Source of the DNA: Octopus sinensis
Taxonomy: Eukaryota
Length of the DNA: 64,000 nt
Direction: 5' to 3'
Assembly (NCBI RefSeq): GCF_006345805.1
Contig: NC_042999.1
Coordinates: forward strand, 112,406,001 to 112,470,000
Position numbers and translations under genes: made by a program. The notes under the pieces were generated by a model, which did no database searches, was not told where the DNA came from, and saw nothing but the letters and a program-made list of their open reading frames with translations. This document shows positions 25,446 to 38,674 of the stretch, one piece after another; position 1 is the first letter of the stretch; the number at the start of each line of letters is the position of its first letter.

Positions 25446-26567
25446 ATATATATATTATATTATATATATATATATATATATGATGAGGAAAACATGATAT
25501 CGCATCGTAGATCACTGAAAATCTATTTCCAAACCATACATGTACAATATTATTGGGCTTCGTTACATAATGTACATGATTATGCACTAGTCATTGTTTA
25601 GTTGAAACAGGTGTAAAGATAAAGCTACTACATCTGTTTATTTGGATACGCAACTATCCACGTGAATACGCCTACTTTTACTTACCTGTCTCGTTTTGCG
25701 TACGTATGTGCGTGCGTGTATGTGTGTGTGTGTGTACATTGTAGTTAAGTGGCTGAATGTACCACACACTCACGCACACACTTTACGAAATGTTTAGGCA
25801 GACTCAGTATGACAATGTATATAAGCCAATATGTGTGAGTATGTGAGCGTACGTGTGTGTAAACATGTAATGCATAGATGTATCTAAACATCTTTACCCT
25901 ATGATTAGTATGTTGGTGCAGCTTTGCGTAATTGACAGCAAAATGACAAAATTACAGGACAGTACACAACATAAATACTTACATTACAAATAACTGTTGA
26001 GTGGAAGCTTTGTTGTTGGTTTAAGATTCGTAGCTTAAATATTAACCAGAAGAGCTTTCATAGGACTTGATGTATCGACGATCGGAATCGCGGGATATAT
26101 ATCTTTACTATTCAGGAATTCTAAATATGTGTTCGCTTGAATCCAATTCCCTTCTATAGAGTCTTGTTCAAGATAGACTTCTATTTCTTAATAAAGTGGG
26201 CCATCACAAACCGTATATTTATAGACCATTTTTGTGTGGTGTTTGATTGGTGCTAAAATACTGCACTGAAAGTTGCAGCCTTGTAAACGTTTTCAAATCT
26301 TCTATGTAAATGCTGCTTTGTGTTTTGTTGATCCGTATTACCAAGTTAGCTTGAAATAGCGTTGATGTTTCTACATATTGATCGGGTGATGTCTAGTGAA
26401 ACATTCCCTGACATGACTGGACATCGGTTATACGAGCAAAACACCCCCCGTCCAATGGACGGTGCTGAATTGTCAAACATTTAAACCAAATTTTCTCAAA
26501 ACAACTTGTCCAACCGTCCCATAGGCCTACCCTTTGAGAAACACTGATTTAACTTAAATTTGAGACA

Positions 26568-26800
26568 CCAGCAAAAGACGGATTTCGACTGATGCACTTG
26601 CGCGTACAAATGCACGTTCCCGCGGCTTTATCGATCGCATTCTCACCTGAAATCGATTTTTCTAATTTTTTTCAAGACTTATACACGCATTGATACCATC
26701 GGTATCTACATATCAAATTTGAGCGCAATCGGATGGAGGATGCCCGAGATCCTAGAAGACACACACACACAGACAGACAGACCGGATTTTATATAATAGA
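26568..26800 (-). mobile_element. Short non-autonomous Helitron-like element
   Basis: Reverse strand starts A|TCTTATATATAAAATCCGGTCTGTCTGTCTGTGTGTG, a typical Helitron-N 5' end; the 3' end is degenerate (CTGGT instead of CTAGT) near 26567-26571. Confidence 0.55.
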
Positions 26801-27089
26801 TTTCTTGTGTATTGTTATGACAAGATAGATGACCATCTGACAGGAAGATCGACTTCTCCAGACTCTTAATCTATTTTCCATCTTTTCACTGTAGTGTTAC
26901 CGACTGACCTAAACCCAACTTCCATCGTTATTGTATCCTATTCTCTCTTTTTCCCTCATTCTTTCACTTTCTCTCTGATATTCTCTCTTCTTCTATCCCT
27001 GCCAGTCTTCTGTTGCTATATGTTTCACTGCGATTTGTATTTTATCCGTCACTTGTGAAACACATTTGTTTCACATAACATGATTCGAT

Positions 27090-27962
27090 GTCTCTAGCCG
27101 AATGCAGCTCTCCGAAATTTTGCTCATAAGCAGCTTGCTTGCGTGGCTTCGTCACAGATGTCCTTACAACGAGTGGCTTTGTGAATGTGCGGGATCAGGA
27201 AGGATAAATACCTCTTTCTTTACTTTTTATAGAACTTGTTTTTGAAACCTTCTGAAGGAAAGGACATGGTGTTGTCGAAAAAGTTCTGGAGACCATCAGC
27301 TGTTGAGTATTCAAGATCAAATTTGACGGTGATATGAAGAGTACTGAAGTTCTTGTGGAATTTTATGACCTCATCTCTGGAATGGGTTATTTTAAGGACC
27401 TCATTCACTTATCTCCGGGAGAGTGCGGGTGCGAGGTTCAAAATGCAGTATCCTGTGTTTCATGTTGACCAGTTTAAGAGTAGACAAGATTCTGGTATGT
27501 CCGAATCTTGATGAAAAAACGCTGAATTGTCGGTAGGTAGTACTTTGTAGCTGATAAACTTGTTGGCAATTCAGAACTCCAGAAGGAATGTAGCGCTTTA
27601 AATTTTCTCAGAGTTATCTCTCTTTGGTATTTCCCATTGAGGTAGGCTAAAGAACAGGAAACGTTGCGTCTGGGAATCCGATAGAGGGCAACACTGGATA
27701 GGTATGGTGTTCTCACACCTTTTACCATAAGGGAGAATTTTTTCTCCATGATAACTACAGTGGATTTGCCTTTGAAAGTTGAAACATATCACAAACGTAT
27801 TTTAACTAACCTAAAGTTCGCATATGTATAATCACTGATACGGGTGAATTTCTCCCGACCGGGCGGTCCAACAGCGAAGCTCAGTGTTGTTGACAGATTT
27901 TTAGTTAAAGCTACGGCTTTAAATCTGCTCAGAGTTACCTCTCTTCGGTGTTTCCCACTGAG
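27090..27962 (-). pseudogene. Penelope-like element reverse transcriptase remnant, internally deleted
   Basis: LSFAVGP, FKGKSTVVIMEK (cf. DKGN.TVVMDK), R*VNEVLKITHSRDEVIKFH..LHITVKFDLEY..LQNFFD (cf. RYVDD...H..IKFT.E...LPFLD), FYKK..KRYLSF. Confidence 0.72.
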
Positions 27963-27966
27963 GAAA

Positions 27967-28046
<80 letters not shown>

Positions 28047-28059
28047 TGTACGCATGGCC

Positions 28060-28290
28060 TTGTGAGATCGTGGTTTCGATTCCCAGACCGGCTGTGCGTT
28101 TTATTCTTGAGCAAAACACTTCATTTCACGTTGCTCCAGTCCACTCAGTCCGTCTGTACTTTCTTAGTTCAAATTCCGCCGTGGTCGACTTTGCCTTTCA
28201 TCCTTTCGTAGTCGATAAAATAAGTACCAGTTGAGCGCTGAGGCCGATATAATCGACTTACCCAGGAATTGCTGGTTTTGTGCCAAAATT
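28060..28290 (+). mobile_element. Chimeric SINE: family C head joined to family A body
   Basis: GTGGTTTCGATTCCCAGACC..TTGAGCAAAACACTT..CCACTCAG switches near 28148 to GTCTG..AGTTCAAATTCCGCCGTGGTCGACTTTGCCTTTCATCC. Confidence 0.7.
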
Positions 28291-28543
28291 TGAAACCAAT
28301 ATTTATGGTTTATCTATGTAACTCGTTTATAATTAGATTCTTTGTTCCTTCTTTCATTTGATACTCATCTATTGTTTTATTAGTCTCCGTAGTCTGGGTT
28401 AGTCTCTGATATTACTTGATTCGATTTCCAAAGACACATCTCTGAAATAAAATCGCTGAAAATATTGAGGAAATAGTCTCAGCGCCTTGATATCTTATAT
28501 ACCCTTCTTTTTTTATTTATTTCTGCCTCTCTCCCTCCCTCTC

Positions 28544-28601
<58 letters not shown>

Positions 28602-29159
28602 CACATCTATCTATCTACATATTTGCCTCTTTGTCTGGCTGTCTATCTATCTATCTACCTATCTGTCTGTCTGTCTGTCTCCTATCCGCCTTCCCTTCTG
28701 TCTATGTTGCTTTTAACATGTTTCTATTTGAAGAATTCTGCCCTACAAGTGGCTTATTAAATAAACAGCTGCTTACATTAACTAGGTCATATATAGAATA
28801 ACAAAATCGTGCAAGGGTGCGTGTGCATATGTATAAGAACAAAAGTGCAAAAGGTGAAAAGAAAGCAAACGGATAAATTAAAGCAACTAAAGTGTTTATC
28901 AGCAATGTAATTTAAACGTTTCTTCCTTTTTCCCTTTTCAACAGAAACTGAAAATAGATTTTTATTTTGGTAAAACTCAGACAGCATTTATTGTCTATAA
29001 AAATCGTATTGAATTAGTCAATTTGTCATTGTCTGAATCATGTTTATCATGTATTCCATATCTTTCAAGAGATGCTGCTATTAAAAGAGTGTTGGAAAAT
29101 ACACGGGGAGAATTTCATTGTAATTTTCGGGGTTAATAGAGGCTAGGATTTATTCAAGA

Positions 29160-29640
29160 TGGAAGGCACTAAGTACTGATATTTAGGCTTGCTTGATAAA
29201 GATAATATAATGATACTTTCCTATTAATGAGGTTAAACTAACAATGGAGCCGGCATGAGCTGCTGCAGTCACAGACAAAAGCCATATAATGGACGAAATA
29301 ATTCTGATTTCAACGGTTGTTGAAATACGTAGATATAATTAGAAGAAAGCATCCTAAAGAAGGAAACTCAGATATTCCCAAACAAAATCTAGAAAGCCTC
29401 TGGTGAAAATTCAGAGTAAAATGTAAGGCTTTGTTTTTCCGTTTTTGCAAACAATCAATGTAAGATGACTGAAGGTTGTAATGGCAATGTGTAATTGCAA
29501 AGCTGTAGGAGTGTGTGAAGAATTATATAATATTATCAGCTTATGGCAAAATGTGTTGGCTGTCAACTGTAAATATGTTTAACACGAGACAGCAGTTGAC
29601 TGAATCATAGCTATCATCTACATGGAGAGGTGGAAGTGTA
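29160..29640 (+). pseudogene. Highly decayed LINE fragment, possibly R4/Dong-like
   Basis: EGTKY*YLGLLDKDNI and PYNGRN resemble YKYLG.LE.D.I and KLNG.N; many stops. Confidence 0.33.
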
Positions 29641-30009
29641 AGCAAAACCTTTCATTAGAAAGAGGGAAGCTCAAAGATAAGTTAGGAAAGGAAGTAGTAA
29701 ATGGGATTGGAAAATGCCAAAAAGGAAAGTATCCATTAAATTGAAAGAAGGTGAATGAGAAAAGCTTTTATTGAAGTTGCTATTAACACCAAATTGTGTG
29801 AAGAAACAGTGACAATAAAATAAAGGAGAGACCTTGGAGTAGCTACAACATCTTGATCTAATTTTTAAAGATGTCCCCCAGCAACTACAACAATATTCAA
29901 CTTAATTAGTCAAGTCTTACGTCATGATGAAATAAGTCCTTTCAAGTTAGGTGGGAAAAAGAGAGGACATGACAATTTATATTCAGATGCAACAGCAACA
30001 CTGATGGGA

Positions 30010-30340
30010 AATCTACTTTGTTTAGTTTTCGTTTTCTTGCAAATGGAAAACGAGTAGTAAACTTTGGATAAATAAGAATGCGTATATAGTTTGTTTCCTC
30101 GGTGTCTCAATCAATAAGACTGTAGCACCTACTACGGAGCTATGTTTACGTATGGTACAATATGAAGATGACGCGTTATTGGAGTGGATGTTAATTACTA
30201 CAGAACAAATGCCTGTAAACTATTACCTGGATGTTCATCAAACCAGAATGATTGAACCTTGTAGCCAAAACTTAACATTCTCGACGTAAGTAAAAACAAA
30301 GAGGCACTTTCTAGATTTTACAATTTATGCAAAGGATGAA
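30010..30340 (-). pseudogene. Possible decayed Penelope-like RT thumb fragment
   Basis: Reverse strand LESASLF, VYRHLFCSN*HPLQ*R...RCYSLID*DTEE loosely match LPFLDV / VYRK..S.HP...CS......E. Confidence 0.33.
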
Positions 30341-33184
30341 ATCAGTACATTGGCCATGTGTACGGTAGTAAATCGTAAGGCTTATATCGATAACTGATAG
30401 CAGTATCATATTATCATTGTATTTCTTCAAGGTACCTTAGGATAAATTTTTATCAATTATTTTTCTATAATGCTGATAAACATAGTTGTGTTTATAAATC
30501 AGTTCTTGAATATATTCCTTATAAATCTAATTTAGCTTTACCTCTTAAACTTTCTGGAAGAAACGTTTTTTCTTACTATTCAGCACTTCAATGAAGCATT
30601 GACCATATGTTGAATTTTGATATGTTCTGGCACGTCATTACTCCTGGGAGATTTATTTTGCCTATTATTAGTGATAGAGCTATAATTAATAACATTTGTA
30701 AAGAATGGGCACAAATTATAAACATGCAACAAACATGACAAATGATAAAACAAAAATATAGCCTTCATCAGCTATCTCACCAATGAGTCTATCAATTTCA
30801 GCACCTTGAGATATAACTACTTCCTTAGTGACGTCACCAGCGATAGGATTCAGTTATTAGGAAATTAATATAGTAAAGACGAGACACAAAACATGCTAGT
30901 GGTTTAGGTGTTAAGCTCATGACCGTGTGTTCAATTCTCAAACTGGACGCATGTTGTACCGTTCTTTAAGGTACTCCATTTAATCTTACTTCATTCTCCT
31001 TTCATCAGCTGAAAATAAGTACCAATGACAGGTGGGATGTAACCTGGTGACAGAATGGTGTGAAGGCGGAAAATATCGTGTTCTCAGTAGCTTAAACACC
31101 ACGGAAACTGAGACAAGTACTGGCCTAGTAGGTATGTAGGCTCAAGAGAGACTTCAACTTTTTGAAGGAAGGAAGGAAGGAAGGGCGGATTGCTGACTAA
31201 CCAATCCTTCTCTCAAAATCGATTAATAAATACTTCTTTAAATTTATGTATTTTGAGATTTCGTCCACACTACGCTACTTTTTTACGCCTAAAAGACGTA
31301 CGTATATTACTAGGGTGAGACGTGTGCGTTACTTCAGTTGAGTGACTCACGAAAAATTTGCTTTGACTGTTGTTTTATGCAAACTTTTAGAAGACAGAAA
31401 AATATTGACCTGGAAGTCAAAGATTGGCCAAGAGAAAACGAGGTGCTGTAATTGTTTTTATTTAGCTCCAGGTTAACCCTGATTGAGCAAACATCAAATG
31501 AAAGATGTTCTAACCATGGACATCTTGTCTTGATTCATAGTGTATCTATGACTGTATATCCAGTGTAGCCTTCCTTTTGTAATATGTTAGGCCAGATATT
31601 TTGACAGAGATTTTAGTTTTATTTAGATCAGGTTGAATGGCCAACTAGATGCCTCTAGTTGCTTCATTGAGAAATGTGACTAGTGAGTTTAAAGTGGAGA
31701 CAATGCACAGAAATTTCCTAATTTATTTCAGTTAGAGACACTTTGGGAAGATGAAGCTTTAATGCAATGTATCTAGGGTTATTTAACCTGGCAGACTATC
31801 TCCCAGAAACACTCGAGAAAGAATTTTGTATCAGCATGGCAAGCTAACCATATACGTGACAATTCGGTGCGCTTTGCCATTCATTTACTTTACCTTCTTC
31901 CTGCAAGGTGGACAAAACCATTTGAAAGTTAAGTGTCTCAGAAGACATTATCGTTAAAGTAGAAGAGGTAAATAAAGGATTTACCCACGTTTAGTACTGT
32001 TGGTAGATTAAGAAGGTGAACCTGCCTACTATTAGATATTTGAAATTTGCACATTTATTTCTATATTTTGTAGCTAAGGTTAGTGAAACAGAGCGTACAT
32101 TTTGTAGAGTAGATAGCACTGACGTTGGTTTGTTGAATCACCAACTGCTGTAATTAGTCTATAATTTTTATACTTATACCTACAAAATTATATTAGCTGA
32201 CCTATACTAGTCTTTTACACAACGATTTTGTGTTCCATTAGAATAGAGTTATTGACATTTGAAGTAACATGAAGTAAACAAAAGAAAACATCAAAGCAAG
32301 GCCCTGAAAACAGTAGAAAATATTATATACTGTTTTTTGAGAGTGTTCGTTTTGCTATATGTAATAAATTGATCACTATTTATTCTGTTTGATCTTTACC
32401 AATGCCATTCAAGTATCAGTAGACTAGATCTGACAGCAATTAGCATCGTTAGGAACGTTTTGCAGAAATCATGTCACTAAATATTATTGAATTCATTTTT
32501 ATCTTGCTATGAAACTCTCAGAAGTTCTGCTAATTGATACACGCACATATACACGCGCGAGCATGCATAATGTTTTTTCTATCACAACCATATATGCATA
32601 TGAATTTACATAAATAAATATATGCACGCAAATATATAGCACATATATATTTATATACTTATGTATGATGTTTACATGTATATGTCGAGGTTTTCAGAAC
32701 TGTGGAGCTACTGGCTTCAGCGTAATCAATGTGTAGAAAAGATTTCAATTCATGATAGTCCATATCAGCAAAATACTATAGCTAATCTCAGTGCAATATC
32801 TCAGCTGGATTTCACCTAGTTTAAGTTTTAGTTTTGAACATGAGAGCCGATGAATTTATTGTTACTTTCGTATATTTGAAGGTCAACTTTTAAAACAATA
32901 ATAGAGATTTCTAAGATAACATAAAACGGAGAACGAGAATCGCCGCTCATGTCATGTCCACTCATTCCTATTTTAACTATCAAAAAGGGTTCATAAAGGA
33001 AATTGGTGGTCCGGTATTGGACGGATGAAAAACAACCTTGACACCGACTTTTTTTTTTACTTTTTTTATCGTTTTACATCCATATTTTCCAGTTTGATGA
33101 TTTTTGCAGATATATTTGGAAAACTTGTTTTCAGAGTTTGATGACTTTTCTTGTCAGTAACCAACGAACTGTGAAGGTGCACAA

Positions 33185-33454
33185 CAGTGGTTCTCAACCA
33201 TTTTTTACCTATGGGTCCCTTTGACTTCTATTTTACTCGACTGAACTCTCATAGCCATTTGATGTTTTAAAAAATCCTATAATATTGTTATAATTAAATA
33301 TTTTTAGGAATTGTAAAAGGAACTTTAAAAATATTATGTGTATTGTAGAAGTATGGCCAGTTTATTGTACATAAACTTTAACAAAAAAATCTTATATAGA
33401 CCACCAGCCCACACACACACAAGGGCTCATGCAGACCCCAGTTGAGAACCACTG
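33185..33454. mobile_element. hAT (Charlie/MER5-like) MITE, 270 bp
   Basis: Perfect 14-bp TIR CAGTGGTTCTCAAC / GTTGAGAACCACTG; 8-bp flanks GTGCACAA and GTGTAGAA (6/8), consistent with an old hAT TSD. Confidence 0.88.
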
Positions 33455-34084
33455 GTGTAGAATATGCCTGTTGTCAACCAGAAAATCATGGGAAGTTCCT
33501 CGACTAATGATTAAATAATTGATGCTTCTTATAATGTCTAAATTTTTTCGTAAATCTCTGGCCTAGTATTCAACTAGACATCATGGTTATGTAGATTTTT
33601 TTTTTTTTTTAGAATGAGATATTTTCTGTTGTGAAAAGATCACGTTTTCTTTTCCATTATTGAATCAACACTGATCATTCAATAATTCTCGTTTTAATAT
33701 TGTAATTAGACGCTTTTCTTTTAATTATACCAGATATAGTCGGTTAATTTTGATGAGCTTTCCTTTCGACATGTCGGCAAAAAAATACAATCGTAGATAT
33801 CTTTGCTTGAATTCCGCTTTAAATATCCTATGTATCATTTAAGTTTTATTGCTGCAGTTTCGTTCGCAAAGAAAAATTCAGCTTCGAAAATGATTTCTTC
33901 ATGGTAAGACATAGCTGATATTTTTGCATTAGCATACGGTCTCAGATATATCTAGAGTGAGAATGTAGTATTACGTTCTCTACTTTTCTCTTTTTACTCA
34001 GAACTTTGTAATTGCATGATAGCGATGTGAACTTCTTAGACAATTAGCCATGCTGTGTCTATATATGTATATATCATATTGGAG

Positions 34085-34320
34085 CATGCGAATAATGGTC
34101 TCAGAGTTGATAGGGGGAAGCCTGTTCAGGACGTTGTTGAAGTGCTCTTCCCACCTTTTCAGGACTGCGTTTTTGTCAGTGAGGAGAGTGGTCCCGTCAG
34201 CACGAAGCAGTTCCGGAGGACTGTTGTCTGTTAACTTTTTCAGGGCATCGTAGAAGCTCTTGGAGTTGTTGTCAGTGTACTTCTGTGTCTCATTCGCCTC
34301 TTTTTAGAGCCAGGAATCTG
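34085..34320 (-). pseudogene. RTE-BovB-like LINE ORF fragment (linker between endonuclease and RT)
   Basis: DSWL*KEANETQKYTDNNSKSFYDALKK..ELLRADGTTLLTDKNAVLKRWEEHFNNVLNR. Confidence 0.8.
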
Positions 34321-35244
34321 CAACTTGACCGATTGCCTAGTGGTTAGATTTCAAATCACAGCTAATGAATTTGGTAGATGTAATGTGTGTGTGTGTGTGC
34401 GCGCGTGCGTGCGTGTGTGTGTGCATATTTATACTTACATATATCTATATATGTACGTGTGTGTGTATGTAGACATGTGAGTAAAGACATTCTACCTCTG
34501 ACCATCCTGACGTTTTGTACATCTAAGACTACATTGTCCAATATGTTCAGAAGGGATGATTTATGAGGAAGATTTGACTGTTATTTCCAGCAGGAGTGCA
34601 ATTACATAGAGGTTCTCTCATTGGTTCATATCTACTACTGATGCTAATATTGCAGAGATGTAATTCTGGAAAAGAAGTTGATAATGATGGTGTTGATATT
34701 TCCGAGTGGGGATAATGATGCTATAAGCTTGTTGTCGTTGGCAGAAGTGAGTTAGAAGGCGACCTCAAATTTAAACAGAGACCTTGTTAAAGAGCCGTAA
34801 TCAGCATATTGGTTTAGCTCATGTATCACTTGCAGGCACTGTGTGTGGGCTTTTTAGCAAAGGAGGAAAATAATTCTTCTAATATTTACCATCTGTCGCA
34901 GATCTTCAAATATTTCTCCAACTTCCTTAAAATAGGGGTAAAAAGCCAGAGGTAATAATGACTGAAAAATTGTCAACATAAGGTCGGAACTTAAACTACC
35001 ATTTCACTATTTCACTGTCATTTCACTGTACATCTATTCTTTTTTTCAGTCTCTGTTGTTGTGATTGTGTACCTCTCTCCTTCACCCTCCTTTTCTCTGT
35101 GTGCGTGTGTGTGCGCGCGCGCGCGCGTGTGTGCCTGCGTGTGTGTTTGTGCGTGTACATGTATGTATGTACGTATGTATGTGTGTGTATGTATCGTCTG
35201 TTTTCTAACTGTCACTTTCTGTGTTGTCTCTGTTAAATTTGTGT

Positions 35245-35393
35245 ATAGGCGCAGGCGTGGCTGTGTGGTAGAAAGTTTGCTTCCCTACGACATAGTCCCG
35301 GGTTCAGTCCAACTACCTGGCACCTTGAGCAAGTGTCTTCTACTATAGCCTTGTGGGTGGATTTGATAGACGGAAACTGAAAGAAGCCCATCA
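35245..35393 (+). mobile_element. SINE family B, 5' module
   Basis: ATAGGCGCAGGCGTGGCTGTGTGGTAGAAAG...GGGTTCAGTCC...GGAAACTGAAAGAAGCCC. Confidence 0.88.
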
Positions 35394-35601
35394 TATATAT
35401 CTATATAATTTTTATAATTATGAGTATAATTATAATTAGGGTTTAGCAAAAAAATTTGCTTCACCACATACCGAAATTTAGAAATATTCGACAAAACTAA
35501 CTATTTCTCTACCATAAGAAAATCTCCCAGACAACATATACTCAAAAAACTCACGAAGGCAAAGAGAAAAAAGATAACGAATTCACCCGGCATTTGATTA
35601 T

Positions 35602-35677
35602 CTGTAGACGCGTTTCGGAGTTACATAGATGTGAAAAATGCACATTTCCACTCTATCATTCTCGCTCTTCAGTACAG
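35602..35677 (-). ncRNA. Type I hammerhead ribozyme with intact catalytic core (PLE type)
   Basis: Reverse strand CTGTA-CTGAAGA-GCGAG..(extended hairpin)..CTCC-GAAA-CGCG-TC-TACAG: 5-bp stem I, canonical CUGANGA and GAAA, G10.1-C11.1, palindromic ACGCGT stem III, GUC cleavage triplet. Confidence 0.8.
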
Positions 35678-36069
35678 TATTTCAAGATTTTATGTCGCTT
35701 GGTCGGATAAGGTATGTTCAATTTCTTACAGTGCTCTCAAATTTAAAAGTCTTGAAGTAGTCAATCAGTTGATCGAACAACTGAATGCTTACAGTCGGAA
35801 ATTCTGACAGAGGTGCATATGGTGGGGTGACTGGTTTCTATGCAGTTTCTATTTATCGTATTCCTCTCATTAAGAAGTGAACTTCTTGACAATGCAGAGT
35901 GCTCAGATTTATATGCTTGTTATTCCATTTATACACCTTTGAGATGATATAATATATATTTACCGCATTCTCTCCCATTCTTTTTCTTTATATGTATATC
36001 TCTCACGCTGAGTGTATGTATATTTGCATATGTGCGTGCGTTTGCATGTGTGTGTGTCTGTGTCTGTGT

Positions 36070-36634
36070 GTGCAAGTGTGTAAGGAATTTCATTAGGGCG
36101 ACAAAGCATCGGCAGTGGGCTCGGGAGACACCCGAACAGAGAAGGAATAACCTTGATGATATGCGAACACGTGCCTATGTCGCACGGTCTCAGGAGACAC
36201 CCAAACATAGGATGCCTCAATTTGATGAAAGGTACACAAGAGCCTTCGTTACACGAACTCATGAGATGATGTCCCATTTCTGTTCAAACAACTTCAATTT
36301 CCAGTGAATCTGAGTTTTTCTATGACCATCAACAATTCATAAGGGCAAACATCATCATCTACTGGTTTACACCTTGAAGAGCCCTGCTTCCCACATGGTA
36401 AGCTTTACACTGCTCAACAGTAAGAATTAAGAAAAATCCATACGTCTATGCACTACATGTAGAAACAAAAAACACCATTTATCGAGATAATATAAATTGC
36501 CCTAAATAATGCAGAAATCTGTCCTGATCAAGAGACTTATCCATCGGGAAAGACATGGACTAACATGAAATTTTTAAAAATTGAAATATAGGCATTCTAT
36601 TGTGAAAATTGCCTGGCAACGATGGGCTACTCAG

Positions 36635-36638
<4 letters not shown>
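36070..36638 (+). mobile_element. Internally deleted Helitron retaining both extremes of RepHel and its 3' end
   Basis: N-terminal RETPEQRRNNLDDMRTR..RSQETP repeats joined to FKQLQFPVNLSFSMTINNS*GQT..GLHLEEPCFPHGKLYTA (Pif1-type helicase C-terminal motifs); hairpin GCCTGGCAACGATGGGC (36611-36627) then CTAG|T at 36635-36639. 5' end not defined. Confidence 0.82.
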
Positions 36639-36668
<30 letters not shown>

Positions 36669-36964
36669 GTGAATGTATGTAAAGGAAAAAATGGGCATTA
36701 GTGCTCGTGGGAATCTAACCCACACCTCTTAATTTGGGGATTTGTATATGTTGGCTGATTACACTTACATATTTACTGCTGTGAAATCATAGATTCCATT
36801 AAATTTAGAAGCTATGATTTCATAACGGTAAATATGTAAGCATGAGCATATTCTGTGAATTAGGAAACAACAGTTCCTACACATACTAATTTCTATTTTT
36901 TAACCATTACTGGGGGTTGTGTGCCCTAATATTGGAATATTTTCGATAGTCAATATATGTTGAA

Positions 36965-37140
36965 GGCAATGTTTCTGCAGCTGGATGCCCTTCCTAAAGC
37001 CAACCACTCCGAGAGTGTAATGGGTGCTTTTTACGTGCCACTGGTACAGATGCCAGTTAGGCGGCCCTGGCATTCATCACATTCGGATAGTGCTTTTTAC
37101 ATGCCACTGGCACGGGATCCAGTCAGGGGGCACTGGCAAG
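36965..37140 (-). mobile_element. Retroposon 3'-region repeat (GCTGGATGCCCTTCCTAA family)
   Basis: CAGCTGGATGCCCTTCCTAAAGCCAACCACTCC plus two tandem GTGCTTTTTACRTGCCACTGG units; related to 61775-61995. Confidence 0.6.
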
Positions 37141-37326
37141 GAGAAAAGTATAAGAATGATCAAGCTTCTTATGGCAGACAGTATAATTGGGAAACTTTAG
37201 TTGAGAAAATTCTTTTTACCCTTAAAAAGATTAAGAACATGGCAAAATATATGTGCATAGTCTTCTGTATACATCAGTAAATGTGTGCGTATGTATATAA
37301 TATACATAATATATGTATATATATAT

Positions 37327-37373
<47 letters not shown>

Positions 37374-37994
37374 TACATTACAATGGAAATACATATAAGC
37401 ATATATAACCTCTTAGGTGTTAGGATTCACAATAAGGATTTCCATCATAAATTTATATATATACACACATACACACACATATGTACACACACATACATAT
37501 ATATACATACACACACACATACATATATATTTATATATATATAAAAACATAAATATATCAACTTCTATGTATATATATAAAGATGTATATATAAAGACAG
37601 ACATATATATGTATACGCCCAACTTGTATAATGTTATATTTCCATTGATAAAAATATATATTGTACTTTAATATGCATTTAGAGTTAATTTGCCGATTAC
37701 AGCCTGGCTATCATGATTATATTTAAGTTGACATTTATATTTTATATCCGACCTGGAGCACAAACCATAATGGGTGGCTTCAGTTTGTTTTATATTTTCT
37801 TCATATCATATATTTTTCATTTAGAATAAATTTCTATATATTTTGGTTTTTATTAATATAAATTTAACTTGATAACAAGTTTCTGCAGAATATTTTTTTA
37901 TTTTTATTAACGTATGTTGATTATATCATAATCAGATTTTAATAGAGCTAATATATATTATACATATATATATATATATACATATATATTATAC

Positions 37995-38105
<111 letters not shown>

Positions 38106-38299
38106 ACATATATATATATACATATATGTATGTATATATATGTATGTCTATATATATATATATATGTATGTATGTATATGTATATTCTTTTGTGTGTGTG
38201 TGTGTTAGCGTTTACATATCTATGTACATACATGTATGTGCATGTGTGTTTGTGTGGGTCTGCACAGCTAACCATAATATACATAAAGTTAACCATACA

Positions 38300-38370
<71 letters not shown>

Positions 38371-38623
38371 CTTCATTCAACCAAAACCCAGAGCTAAACC
38401 AAATATTTTAGCCCAGTAATTGACAAAAACTATAAAACACAATAAACTTTCCAGAAATAAAATCAATTATTTTTTTATGTGTGTGATTATGTATGTGTGT
38501 GAATATATGTGTGTCTGTCTTGCTTTTTCTTCAAATAAATATAACTTTTCTGGAGAAAAATTGGACAATGATATTAATGTTATAGGAACACCACATTGAT
38601 AATATATTAAAGATTTATATATA

Positions 38624-38674
<51 letters not shown>

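Noticed and set aside
30127-30285. Plus-strand 52-codon open frame ending at a strong GTAAGT donor
   Set aside because: The acceptor lacks a pyrimidine tract, the peptide is unrecognised, and the opposite strand fits a decayed PLE RT; left unresolved.
30720-30855. Minus-strand peptide LNPIAGDVTKEVVISQGAEIDRLIGEIADEGYIF
   Set aside because: Preceded by two in-frame stops with no usable acceptor; no family recognised.
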